From positions 19,968,001 to 20,032,000 of the forward strand of contig CP068257.2 in assembly GCA_009914755.4 (NCBI GenBank): a DNA stretch of 64,000 bases. Direction: 5' to 3'. The notes under the pieces are model-generated. The model was not told the DNA's origin and did not search any database. It saw nothing but the letters and a program-made list of their open reading frames with translations. Within the stretch, counting starts at the first letter, position 1, and each line of letters begins with the position of its first letter. The DNA is from the human T2T-CHM13v2.0 reference genome, Homo sapiens. Below, one piece after another: positions 1 to 13,645 of this stretch. The translations under genes and the position numbers were made by a program.

Positions 1-978
1 GTGAAGAAAGGAAGACATTACCCATGACTAAAATAAAAAGCTTTAAGGTGAGAATCATAAAGAGTATACATCTCATGGTTTCTCAAGTGAGTAAAGTCTA
101 AAGGGGTTTGCAGCCTGAGATGAACCTGGAGTTCATTGTTAGATATATGTTTTAGAGAAAAATCATCCTTCAACTTCATAGCACAACATCACTCATTCAT
201 CAATTAAATTAATCAATTTATTCACCCATCAATATTTTCATGGAAGTGTCTGCTATCTTCCAGGTGTCATGCTAAGTTCTGGCTATATGACGGTAAACAA
301 AACCATCGTGCCTGGCTCACTTTTGTGGGAGATACAGATTTTTAGCAAATATACACACAATTATAAATTTTGAAATTGTAATAAATGTTACTGAGAAGAG
401 GGGGAACAACCCTTAGATTCCCTGTAAGGAAACAAACAGAAAAAGCAGGGAAGGGAAAGATATTTAAACAGAATTGAATGGCAAGCACACTAAGACAATT
501 AAAGAAAAAGTCTAAGAAGGGTGAAGGTGTGGAGCACTGAGGAGCTGCTGGATGGTAGGTAGTGTATCCAAGACTGCCAAGAGGTAAATTTGGGAGTGGT
601 GGGAGAAGCCAGGTCACATAGAACCCTGAAGACCAAGTCAGAGGATCAATTTTATTCTAAGAGCATTGAAAATCATGTAGACAGATTGTAAGCTGAGGAA
701 TGACATGTTGTAAGAACATTATCATGGATGCTATGCGGAGACATTGGAAGAATGGAAATGAGGAAACAAGGATGCAAAGCTATTGTAATACTATAGGCAA
801 AAGATTTTTTTTTGACTCAAGTTATTCTGGAACCATGAAGGTGAGATGAACTATACACAGTTTTAAATTACTTTGGGGTAGAATGACACAAGGTGAGAGG
901 TTGCATATGGTACTTGAGAAAATATATTTATATCAAGCACGACTTACAACTTTCTACATTGTATATAAAGGATATCTT

Positions 979-1266
979 GGCGGGGCACGGTGGGTCACGC
1001 CTGTAATCCCAGCATTTTGGGAATCCGAGGAGGGTGGATCATCTGAGGTCAGCGGTTAGAGACCAGCCTGGCCAACATAGTGAAACCCTGTTTCTACTAA
1101 AAATACAAAAAAAAAAAAAAATTAGCTGGGCATGGTGGTGCATTCCTGTAATCCCAGCTACTACTCGGGAGGTTGAGGCAGGAGAATCACTTGAACCCAG
1201 GAGATAGAAGTTGCAGTGAGCCGAGACTCCAGCCTGGGCGACAGGGTGAGACTCCTCAAAAAAAAA
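979..1266 (+). mobile_element. Alu SINE, dimeric, with A-tail
   Basis: Begins ggcggggcacggtgggtcacgcctgtaatcccagc. The right monomer ...gcctgtaatcccagctactcgggaggttgaggcaggagaatcacttgaacc is followed by a poly-A run at about 1258-1266. ggatatc flanks both sides and may be a TSD. Confidence 0.9.
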
Positions 1267-1354
1267 GGCGGGCGGATATCATTTACTTTGAATACTTTCT
1301 GAATTCCTAGGAAAATTGTTATGGATGGTAGTAGCAATAATTCAAGTGAAGACA

Positions 1355-1700
1355 CATGCTACAACATGGATGATACAACAAGGATAAGCATTAAAGACAG
1401 CATGCTAAGTGAAATAAGTCAGTCACAAAAGAACAGTTGGATGATTCTTCTTACATAAGGTGTCTAGAGTCAGAAAGTAGTTTGGTGGCAGTCAGGGGCT
1501 GTGGCAGCAGGGAATTAGTAGTTAGTGTTCAACGGATACAGTGTTTCAGTTGGGGAACATGAAAAAAGCTCTGGAGATGGATAGTTGTAATAATTGAACA
1601 AAAATGTGAATTACCTATACCACTGAATTTTACATTTAAAAATCATTTCAATGGTAAATTTTGTGTTATAGACATTTTACCACAATAAAAAAAAAAATAG
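1355..1700 (+). mobile_element. Old L1 (L1M-type) 3'-UTR terminal fragment ending in an A-rich tail
   Basis: ...acaacatggatga...tgctaagtgaaataagtcagtcacaaaag...ggtggcagtcaggggctg...gatacagtgtttcagttggggaacatgaaaaaagctctggagatggatag...ccactgaattttacatttaaaaat...ggtaaattttgtgttatagacattttaccacaataaaaaaaaaa matches the mammalian L1M 3' end consensus as I remember it. Confidence 0.6.
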
Positions 1701-2768
1701 AAAAAAAATGTTGAACTCAGCAAGACTGAAATTTATCTGGATGAATTCATAAAAACTACCATGCATATTTAAGAATATATTCCACATCAATTTAATGTAT
1801 AAATTTAATGTGTGTGAACTAAAACACAATGTAAGAAATTTTGCCCTCTTCCTGTGGCTGCATTTTGAATTTTATCTGGAAATTTTTTGAGAATGTTTTG
1901 CATGCTCTGTGTGTCAGGTTTTAGGTAGTCTTTTGTCCTTGTTAAGATCTGGTACTCCACTTTCCCTCATTTTAAATAACTTTCACTTGACTTTCATTTC
2001 CATGCCAATAAGTTCATTCTAGTAATAAAATTTTATTGTCACTCTTTCCAAGTTTTTATTTTCACCGTTTTATGAATACTATCAGGAGACAAGAAAGAGC
2101 TTTACCCTTATATACCAATGTGCCACTCAAATTTATTTTCTGAAGTTAATCAAAAAGTTTTGGAGAATTTATTTTCCCCTATGATTATCTAAATGTGTCA
2201 ATTCACATAACATATAGATATTCCAAAAATTCAGCACCACAGAAGACCACATTAACACCATTGTAATATTTTAATTATTGGACTGAGTGGATCTTAGTCT
2301 TTTTAAATGAAAAGAGGATTCCACCCTCTCTACCCCTTACCCTGGCTCAATATCTCTCACATAATAGATGCAGGAAAATAATTTACTGATATGGTAGATA
2401 TGTGCCATCTGCCCATCGGGGATAGTAGAGGTGTCTGGTGTTACGAACAGCAGTAAAGTTCAAGTTTCCAACTCAGAAGTAGCATCTCTGTGGGGTAGTG
2501 GTGATTGCAGAACAGTCAAGGTCTTTGTATTTTGTGCTAGGAGGTAGCAATGACAACTTCAATAGTGTTTTTATTAGAACACTTTTTTCTTTTTTGCATT
2601 CTTTCACATTTTTTTTCCTAGAAGCAGAGCCTCAATTCTGTGTTTCCAGGTTTCATAATGATTCTGTGCACTATTTAATACACTTTTAATTAAGTATGTC
2701 TCGGTTTCAACCAGTAAAAATCGATTCTGTTCTTTAGAATAACCTGACTGATAAAATTGATAGAAACC

Positions 2769-2798
2769 TTCATTCATTCATTCATTCATTCATTCATC
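2769..2798. repeat. (CATT)n / (TTCA)n microsatellite
   Basis: ttcattcattcattcattcattcattcatcc. Confidence 0.95.
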
Positions 2799-4989
2799 CA
2801 GTTGTTTATCAATTGTAAATGGCATTTATCACTCTATCATTCATCCAGTCACTTAGACAAACGTTTATTTAGCATCTACTTTTTCCCAAGGTCTGACTTG
2901 GGTAAAGAGTAAGAAAAGAGCTAAAATATATATGTCTCCTTCAAAAATATTTACACCTACTCAAGGGGCATGCTATGTAAGTGGACAATCACAGTAATAG
3001 TGTGGTGAGAATTACAAATAAATACTCAGAGAGCAATATATGAAATAAAGAGGGACAACCTTGCCAAGCTTGAGTGATCAAGGAAGACTTCTCAGAAACA
3101 ACAGTGTTTCTCAAAGTGTGATTTATAGATCATGTGCATTAGAGTCACCTGCTGGGGTTTAAACATCCCAAGTTGATTGCCTTTATCTATATCTACTGAA
3201 TCAAAATATTTGACTTTTTACCCAGGAATCCATATGTGGAACAAAGATTCTAGAAATATAAGTAAGTTGGGAAAGAATCTGGAAGATGCTTTTTCAAAGT
3301 CCTGGAAGTAAGAGAGAACAGTCGAATGTTTAATATCCCAAGAACAAAGGAGCCAGAGGGACAGATACAGTAACTTCAAGTATGTCTGGCTTAGCATATT
3401 TTGACGTTTATGTGAACTATCAAAGTTTGGGGTCAAAGAGATGTGGATTTGTATCTTCCACTAAGTACACTGGCCGTGGTGCTTCAGTTTTGCTTGCTAT
3501 AGTTTTTCCGTCTTGACAGGAAGAAGAGTGACAGCAACTCATAGGGAGATAGTGAGAATTAAATTCACTTAATTGTATAAAGACACTCACTCTCAACAAA
3601 GGTTAGTTTCATCATATTCATATGTATTTTTGCCAAAAAGAGTTGTTTGTTAGCTTGGTTAAATATCATGCCAAAGAAGTGTTTATGGTCATTCACTTTA
3701 TGCAGTGTACAGAGAGCAGCTGTGCAGATGGAAACTTAATAAATGGCTTTTTAACAACAGTCATGATAGTGGTTTGTACCTTCTTAAGTTCTGTTTAATG
3801 TTATTGAGTTTGTATTACATTCTGCTAAAGAAACATGGGCCTTTGAAAAGCATATGGGAAAGTATTTGTTGATGATATGAAAATTGGCTCTGATTCTGCT
3901 TGCAAATAATAGCAAATGAAAGATAGATATATTTGGCCAAATGTCAAACCAAATATTTTTAAATGTATTGGGAATATCTTAACAGATGTTTCCCAATGTT
4001 TAATATTGTTTTGGTGAAGTTTAGTTTAATATTGTATTTGGTGAAAATAATATTGGCATAATATTTTCATTCAGAGCTAAACTACTTTTTTTTAAAGAAT
4101 GTAAAACCATATCCCTCCCATCTGATTATGACCCTTTTGTTATTGATTTGAGTAAAAGAGGACTAGAACAATTATGCTTGAAATCACTCTTCATTGAGGC
4201 TTTCCATTTTTGGTGTTTCATGCTGCTCTTGTTTTCTTGATTTCCCATGAAATCAGATATTATTTTCTAATTATGGAAGCACAATAACAGCTGAGCTACA
4301 GCAAGCTCTTCTTGCTCTGGCTTTTGTAAACAAGGTATTGATGATTTCAGCAGATGTCCCTGATTTGAGATCTTTTGCTTCTTTCTAGGCAGGGGATGCT
4401 CAAACCATAGACACAAATCTGCTTTTCCAGGAATAACGTGCTAGCAACATGGTCAGCAACCCCAAGATTTTTAGCTATTACTCCCGAAAACCTCATCTGC
4501 TCAGTAACTACACTAGCCATCTGTTCCCCTAAAATTGTTTTCATTTCTTCTAACATTCAGTTGTTACTTAATACTAATCTATTTCAATGTTTTATGGTAT
4601 TTACTGCTCTGCATAACAACTGTACTTGTTCACTAACATTTGTTATCCGTTTTACATCATGAACATATATGTCTTCTTATTGTATTTTTTTTTCTTTTTT
4701 TAGTTGGGAGTGGAATTGCTGTTTTTATTATCCGCGGTCCTCTGACTATATATTCCTCACCATGTCGTGCAAAGCCTTCTACAATTTGATGTTAACCGGC
4801 CCTTTTACAGGCTGAGTATCCCTTCTGTAGAAATGTTGGAGGTCCAGAAATGTTTCAGATTTCAGATGTTTTTAAATTTCATAATATTTTCATATATATA
4901 ATGAGATATTTGGGGGATGGGACCCAAGTCTAAACAGGAAATTCATTTTGTTTCATATACCTTATATAACATAGCCTAAGGGTAATTTC

Positions 4990-5386
<397 letters not shown>

Positions 5387-7917
5387 TCATACAATATTTT
5401 TAATACTTTTTTGGCATGAAGCAAAGTTTTGACTGCATTTTGGCTGTGAGCCATCACATGAAGTCAGGTATGGAATTTTCCACTTGTGGCTTCATGTTGA
5501 TGCTGAAAAAATTTCAGATTTTGGAGTATTTCAGATTTCAAAATTTTGAATTAGAAATGCTCAACTCGTACCACATATTACATCCTTTACAAACCTCTCA
5601 TTCCATCGGAAGTAGGTTCTTTCTAAAGATGCCTGTAATTTTTCCATCTTTATGCCTTTGCTTATTCTGTTTTTCCCTCATGCACTTTTTTCTCACAGTT
5701 CTACAAGTTTCAACTTTAAAACAATTATAAATGGTATCTTCTGTCCATGGATATTTAGAAGATATTAGCTGGGATAATCTGCACTATTAACACTCCAGCT
5801 GCCAGGCTTCCAGACAGGGACTTCCCAGTCTTCCTAATCACTTGAGGCAATACCTTACAATAAGTATCTTCATATGTATTCTACATAGTTCTGTTTTTCT
5901 CTGCGTAAGCCTGTCTAACACATTCGTAACCTCATTGTGGTTTAATTGCATTTCCCTGAATACCTGTGACATTTGCTAAATATCAGAAGAATGGATAAAT
6001 TGTATTCATACAGTAGAATAAAATAGTGTAATTAAGACAAAGAAACTACACCTATGTTATCAACATGAGTGAGTCTTAAATAATAAAATTGTTATTAAAA
6101 AACATGTGTGGAATATTTATCATCTCTTACTACATATATAGTAAGATACCATCTATATAAAAATCTAAAAATAGACTAATCAAGCTTATGTTGGCTTATT
6201 GATGCATTTATAAATAGTGCTGGCACTCAGAAACTGATATCCCAAAATATGAAACTTTGAATGACGAACTAAAGAAGAAGCCACATGGTCTCTGTGACCT
6301 TTCCCTCATCTTGTCTCTCAATCTTCTGTCTCTCCCAAACCAGAGAATGAAGTTATTCTCTGACATCTCCTTATCTGCCTAAAATCTGGACCCACCAAAG
6401 AAGAAAACAGTTACCTCTGCTCCCTTCCTGAATCTTCATTCACAGGAAGAGTAAAGTCTGTCAACACACTGGGACAGACTTTTGTCATTGTATATTCTCC
6501 AAGCCCACAGAATTCCCCTAAAAATCATTTACTACTCCCCCTAAAATTATTCACACTTTCCCAAATCCCTTTCCCCTAAGAAGCGTACATAAGCACCTGT
6601 CCCCTGTTGGTTTGGAGTTAATCACTCTGTGATTTTCCTCCATGCACATTAATAAAAATTTGCATGCCATTTCGCCTATTAATCCGCCTTTTGTCAGTCA
6701 ATTTTCAACAAACTTTCAAAGGTTTCTCTTCACCTTTACAATCGCAAAGGTGATTACTTCTGGGAACAGTGGATAGAGACTGACGCTGTGTAGGGATACA
6801 CAAGACTTTTTTTTTTTTATTTGATTCTGGAATAGTTTATATTACAGATGGGTTCACAGTATTTTATTTTCTCAACAGTTTTCTAGCTCAGAAATACTTT
6901 AATGATTAAAAACAAACAAAAAAAAGGGATTGCATATAGATGATTCTATTTTATTCTCTTTATTTGTTTTCTTACAATAATTTTTTTAAAATAAGAAGTA
7001 AGAACTGTGCCTAACTCCTTTTCACTGCTACATTCCTAGTCTAAGCCATCACAGTCATTTGTCACTATTACTGCAGTTGGATGCTAAATGGTCTCCCTCT
7101 TTCTATCCTCCCCTTAAATGGTCTATTTTATTTTGAAAATTACCATCAATTCTTCAAATATTTAAGTCAGATCATATCCCTTTTCTGCACTAAAACTTAC
7201 AATCAATTTCTATTTCATCAGAACAGCAAATAAACAATAAGCTCCATACAATGGCCATAAGACCTCCTGCCAATTATCTGTCTTTATCTTCTACTAATCT
7301 ACTGATCACAAATGCAGGAGAATATCTTAGAACTCTTGTTCTAGATATCCATTTTGCTTGGAACACTTTTTCCAAAGATATGTGCTTAGCTAGTCCCTCA
7401 CCTCCTTCAGGTTTTTTTCTCATATCTGACTTTCTCACAGGGATCTACCTAAACCACCAAATTTAGTGCTATAGCAGGTACTCCAGTGACACCATCATGC
7501 TGCTGATCTTTCCTTATTACACTCTATTTTTTCCATTTTCAGTAGCTTGCGCATTTAAACGTGCCACATAATGTAATTATTTGTAGGTGTACTGGTTATT
7601 GTGCATCTCCTCCACTAGAACATATGCTCCCCAAGGCAAGAAATCTTTATTTGGTTCAGCAACGATCTCAAGTAGCTAGACTAGGTGGCACTCAATAAAT
7701 ATTTGTGAAATGAATACATCAATACATAATTGATAAAAGAGAAAGTTTTCATATTTTAGCTCATACTTGTTTTGGGAAATTTCTCATGGAGCACAAAAGT
7801 CGGCAGAGTAAGTGGCATTAAATACAGTCATGCATCAATGAATGACAGGATACACTTTGATAAACACATTGTTAGATGATTTCATCATTGGGTAAAGATC
7901 ATAGAGTGTCCTTACAC

Positions 7918-8022
7918 AAGCTTAGAAGGTAGTCTATATATAGTCTACTATAAATACTATGTATATAGTCTATATGTAGTATATATGTATATACTATATA
8001 AATAGACTTATATAGTCTACTA
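7918..8022. repeat. TA-rich low-complexity repeat (tagtctata / tatatag motifs)
   Basis: tagtctatatatagtctactataaatactatgtatatagtctatatgtagtatatatgtatatactatataaatagacttatatagtctactacat. Confidence 0.8.
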
Positions 8023-9397
8023 CATACCAAGGCTATATGGTTTATCCCACTGCTCTCAGTTGACGAATCTTTACATTACAACATGTTCTTATACTGAATA
8101 TTGGAGACAATTGTAACATAGTGATAAGTGTTTGTGAATTGAAAAACCGCTAAACATAGCAAAAATACAGCAACAAAGATAGTATAAAAAATTTTTAAAA
8201 AGTGGTATACTTGCATGGGGCATTTACCATCAGTGGAGCTTTCAGAACTGGAAATTGTTCTAGTAAGTCATTGAGTGAGTGGTGAGTGAATGTGAAGGTC
8301 TAGGACATTACTGTGCAATACCATAGACCTTGTAAACAACGTACACTTAAGTTACACTAAATTTCAAAAGAATAAAGTAATTGCACTATGATGTTATGAT
8401 AGCTACAATGACACTGGGTGATAGAAATTTTTCAGTTTCCTTAAAATTTCATGGGGCCACCATAGTATATATGGTCTAGGGTAGACGGTAAAGTCATTAT
8501 GTGGCCCTTGAGTATACTTTCTCTCTCTCTGTGAATATGTGTACATTTACAACTTCATATAGCTAAATTTGCCCAAAGTCATATGTGCATAATGGTGCAA
8601 ATCCACTGAGAATTTTCTAGGCACTGTACTAAAGATCTAAGGTATAAGGATTCTGAAATTGCATAAAATAGCTCCCTGCTCTAGGGGAGCACAGTTATTT
8701 TATTCTTAATTCCTATTTACATGTCTTTGGCTAAAGTAAGCCATGTGATCCTGCCTAATTTCAAGATACAGAAGTGCAATACCACCATATTGCACAAGGA
8801 GATCCAGAAATATTTGTAACAGCAATAATGATGACCTGATTGGTCATATATAATTCCAGGCATTCTTTTCTACTCCATAGCCTCCTTGAAAATCTCTTCA
8901 ATAAATAGCATAGAAAAGAAAAATGTCAAGTTATGAGTGTCTTGTGTTATCTCACTTTGAACATTGAATATACTTGTTCACCATTGAGAACTTCACCCTT
9001 ATTTCTAAACATCAATGCCCCTCAAAAACATCAAAGCATTGAGTACTCTGGAAATTACTTTTTGATATGATTACAACTAGGAGAATATCTATCCCATGGT
9101 TTCCATTCCTGACATCCTTTTGGGATTACTTGGAGCACTTATTAAACATAGACCTTTGGTATCACTTTAGAAGATTAAGACTGAGTAGATCTGAGGTGAA
9201 TATCATAAAAATATTAAAATAGGCATCCCATCCAACAGGGTTCTAATATAGCTATGTGGGGACTATGGCTTGTATGAAAAAAAAAAAGCATTTGTAAAAT
9301 GCTTCTGTAGTGAATGACAGTGACTGTTCACAGGACAATTTCTGCTCTTGGGGACTACAGCCTGTCTTGGGCTCAACCTGCTGCCTCTGAATTCACT

Positions 9398-9819
9398 TGA
9401 TGCATTTTGGATATTTGTCCCCTCCAAATCTCACCTTGAAATGTAATCAGCAATGTTAGAGGTGGAGCTTATTGGGAGGTATTGGATTATGGTGGTGGAT
9501 CCTTAATGAATGGTTTAGCACTGTCCTCTTAGTGATGAGTGTGTCTTTGCTCAGCTAGCACCTGCAAGATCTGGTTGTTTAAAGGAGTCTGGGACCTCCC
9601 CACCTCCCACCCCCTTACTCTTGCTCTCACCATGTCATGGGCTGGCTCCCTGTCGCGTGCTACCATGATTCTAAGCTTCCTGAGCCCTCACCAGAAACAT
9701 ATGCCAGCATCATGCTTCCTGTAAAGCCAGCAGAACCATAAGCCAATTAAACCTATTTTTAAAATGGATTACCCAGCTTCAGGTGTTTATTTATTACGAC
9801 ACAAGAATGGACTAACACA
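9398..9819 (+). mobile_element. ERVL-MaLR solo LTR, MST-type
   Basis: tgatgcattttggatatttgtcccctccaaatctcaccttgaaatgtaatc...ggtggtggatccttaatgaatggtttagcactgtcctcttagtgatgagtg...caagatctggttgtttaaaggagtctgggacctcccc...ccatgattctaagcttcctgagccctcaccagaaacatatgccagcatcatgcttcctgtaaagccagcagaaccataagccaattaaacctattttt...acccagcttcaggtgtttatttat...aagaatggactaacaca is co-linear with the MST LTR consensus. No internal sequence adjoins it. Confidence 0.8.
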
Positions 9820-12289
9820 TTTGCTTTGTTTCTGCAGCGGCCCTCTAAATCTCAGTTGTTTACCATCTACCTTTGATAGCTTCTATTGCCCAATTCTCAG
9901 TATTCTTTTAGGCTTCTGACTTCCAGCTGCTGCTTGCTGCTATTAAAGGAAGCAATTTCCATACTGACTTAGAGTATTTCTGCTCAACATTATGGATAAG
10001 TGGAAAATAAGAAATTTTGACATAATAAAAATTAAAACCTAAGACATTTTACAAAGTTGTTTAAAAAAGTCAAAGTCATTTTTTTTGTGATCTTTCATTG
10101 CTGATCTATATCCTAAAGAAATAACGTGGAACCTCTTCAAAATTTCACCCCCAAATTTTTATTCACCATGAAGAGATTCACAAACTTCTACTACCACATC
10201 CCACTTTCCACAGCAAAACTGGAAAGAATCACATGTGCTTGACAATAGGTATCTCTTCCTTGATCACTGTCCCTTTATGAAGATATATTTTAGTTTGCAT
10301 CTATTTCCCATTAGTTACCTATGTCACATCCTAACCCATTGTCATACAAGACAGTAGTGAAATTTCTAGAATTCTACATTCTAGTACAAATTTAGTGTTT
10401 TACACTTTAGAAACCATGAAAGTACTACAGTGAATATGAATGAGTCTTTTCAAAAATTAAAATACAGAAAAAGGAGAAGATATTTGAAAAAGTAACAAAT
10501 TTCTGTAGTTATTTTTAAATACTATTTCCTCACTATTTCTCACTTTTAGCTTCTGTAGAACAAGCAAAACATAAGTAAAACCAAATTTCCAGATCACGGA
10601 GTTCTTTCTGAAGCATGGGATGTGGGCTGTAAGCTTAAACACATTCCCTGAGTTCCATGGCCTTTGTTTCCACATTTCACCAGCAGTCACATTCTGTTCC
10701 AGAAGCTCAGTAGATTCAGGCTTGGGAGAGGAACTTGAGTAAAGGGGAGGGAAGTTACTGAGGAGAGATGAGTCAGAGCTGATTCATAGATCCATCAGTC
10801 AATTACAGTTCGTATCAGAGAGTAGGCTCCTTAATATTATATACAGTACTGAACTGTGATTAAGATGGATATTCCGGTTTTTCAAAATTTATATTTAGTT
10901 GGTATTTCTAACAGAAAGTGATTCAAACATGTACATATAATGTATGCTTGTGCAATACCATTAGGAAACCTAAAAAGAGTATTAATAATAAAGTTATAAA
11001 ATCACATCTGACATTTATCAAAATTTTTCTGAGAGAAATTACATGGTTTGAAATGGAAAAGAAAATGAGAAGGGAGATTATGAGGAAAAGGATTCTTCCT
11101 TGATTTTCCTCCAAAGAGATGATGAAAACAAAGAATGAATGGTCATGGCTCAAGAAAATTAACTTTACAGCAGAAACCATCATTTATACTTGCCCCCAAG
11201 GCTGTTCTGTAGGTTAAACCCATTTTTTTTTAAGATTTTCTTTAACAAACTATTCTTAATCATTTTGCCACAATTGTGGAAATGACTAATTTTTCTGTCT
11301 TAAGTGGAAAAACTATCAGCACTATTACCTGACTACATTTTAAAACTTAACAGCTTTTATGAATCAGAGAAGTGAACAACTGGTACTTCCCTGAATTAAT
11401 ACTATAGTTTTACATTTTTTTAAAAAACTCTCTCAGAGTTGCCAGCTTCATTACTGAAAATCAATGAGTTTTCATTTTTTTATAGGAATGGTTTATCTAT
11501 AAACTATAAAACTACCCAGATAAAAAGAATTTTTTTTGTCCTTACAGAGATCTTAGTGTTTTTGTATCTTGGCCAAAACTGGACTAGATGCTGTCAACTA
11601 GAGCAAAATTATATCTGAATGACTGGCAACTTTTGTAGACACAGCTGTAGTGTATTAGGATAGTAGAATTTATTACTTAATCCCCATATTTTGTTCCCAT
11701 CATAATTATAAATATATTTGGAAAAAGATAATTTTCATAAATATAATTAGGCATTTTGTCCTTGGTTTAATCAGAATTTGCTTTATTTTGGAGCACAAAT
11801 GCTGCACTTACTAGAGCCAGCAAATATGTAGCATTACCTAAATAAAACCCCTTTGCCTTATAAAGCTTGCAGAGCCCTCCTATCATTAATGTGATTAAAA
11901 GTTGCCAGAGGGCTCATGGAAATGCAAAATCCTAGGTCCCACCATTAGAATTCCGTCAACAGTAGGCTGAAGAAGAGACTGGGCATCTGCACTTTGAACA
12001 AATGCCCCAAGCATTTTGAGAATTGCATTTAAAGAAAAAGATTTTGAAACCCAGAAATCTGAAACAAAATCTATTTTTCAAAACCTGAAGGAGCAACTCT
12101 TTCATCACTTGAAAGCTATGTCAACATTTTGCATGCCCAACAAATTTGTTACTGGAAGCTTTTGAATAATTTTAGTTGAAATTTAATATTACTTGATACT
12201 TGCAAATGCAAAGATTTGATATCATAGACTTGTCAAAAACTAATTGTTAAGTAGTATGTATGTAAATACAATATTGAAACACATTGGAA

Positions 12290-12551
12290 ATAGGCATTTT
12301 AAAAATGAGATTTTTTTCCCAAGCATTTTAAAAAATAATTTTTTGAAGTAAAACTCATGTAACATAACATCAGCCATTTTAAAGTGAACAACTGAATGGC
12401 AGTTAGTACATTGTGCAATGCTGTGCAACAACCACCTCTACCTAGTTCCAAAACACTTCCATCCATAAAGTAAAATCCCATACTCATTAAGCAGTTTCTT
12501 CCTATTCTCCCCTCTCCCTTTGTTCCTGGAAACCACCAACTCATATTATGT
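12290..12551 (-). mobile_element. Old L1 (L1M) extreme 3' end, antisense
   Basis: ttttttgaagtaaaactcatgtaacataacatcagccattttaaagtgaacaactgaatggcagttagtacattgtgcaatgctgtgcaacaaccacctctacctagttccaaaacacttccatcc...ctggaaaccaccaactcat matches the antisense L1M 3' terminus. Confidence 0.6.
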
Positions 12552-13319
12552 CAAAAATGAGATGTTTAAAATAGAAGAGTCTTTTTCATATGTTCAATGA
12601 CTGTGTTCTTACTACAAATTTTTGTACAATATACAACTTGACTTTCAGAACAGGATCAATACTTGTTTTCCACTTGGAAGTATTTTAATAAAAAAAATAC
12701 ATTCCCAGTGTGTAAACTTGGGAGTAAATCATATTGTGAAGTATTTATTTAGATAGTAAAATCTCATTGTTTCTTTATTTCCAAATGTAGGGGTTGGTTA
12801 TGATGAAATAGGACAATTTATTCTTCAGTTTTTATTTATGTTCTAATTTTCCGTGCTCATAGTCCCATCACAAGTGGCCACATAAGCCAGTATGATCTCC
12901 TTCCTCTATGCTCAAAGAGATGTAATGATAGAAGGGAGGAAACAAATTAGCAGAAGTGTCATATTTTAGAAATCTATCAGATACAGTCGTTGCTCCCCTA
13001 ATATCTATTGTCTTCTCCTCCCTACTCCCACTTCCTCCATCTCCCTACTTTAATAGTAAATATTTGCTCTTTTGCACCTCTGCATCACCATGAAAATAGG
13101 ATGAACTAACCTTCTGGTTCCAGGAGAAAGACGAGGGACTTGGAAACTGAATAGTCCCATCCACTGCAGCTGAAATCTGCCACCTTAACTTCCTGCAGAG
13201 CTTCAATGAGAAGGAGAGATCAGCCAAGGGCCTCTGAGCACCTAGTCAACTCACAGATGTGTGAATGATGATACCGAATTGCTGCTTTAAACCCCTCAGC
13301 TTTGTGGTAGTTACATGGG

Positions 13320-13645
13320 AATAGCTAATACAAATAAGTGGTGCAGACCCCGGACACAGAGCTGATACACAGGATGTCACTGGGAGAAACAGAGAAAGAG
13401 TGTGGTTGTCTCCCCATATCTACAGTTTCACATTCTGGGATTTCAGTTACCTGTATTTAACGGAGGTTGTCTGAAAATATTAAATAAAAAATTCCCAAAG
13501 TAAACAATTCGTAAGTTTTAGAATGCATGCCATTCTGAGTATCATAACTAAACCTCATGCTATTTTACTTTGTCCTTCTCAGGATGTGGTTTCAGGTATC
13601 CGGTGGGGGTCTCAGAATTTATCCCCTGTGGATAAGGGAGGACTA
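13320..13645 (+). mobile_element. Unclassified interspersed-repeat fragment, possibly the terminal part of a Tigger-like DNA transposon
   Basis: The 3' end ...ggtatccggtgggggtctcagaatttatcccctgtggataagggaggactactgta resembles the ...ccgcggatacggagggccgactgtac terminus of TcMar-Tigger/MER-family elements. I cannot name the family with confidence. Confidence 0.3.
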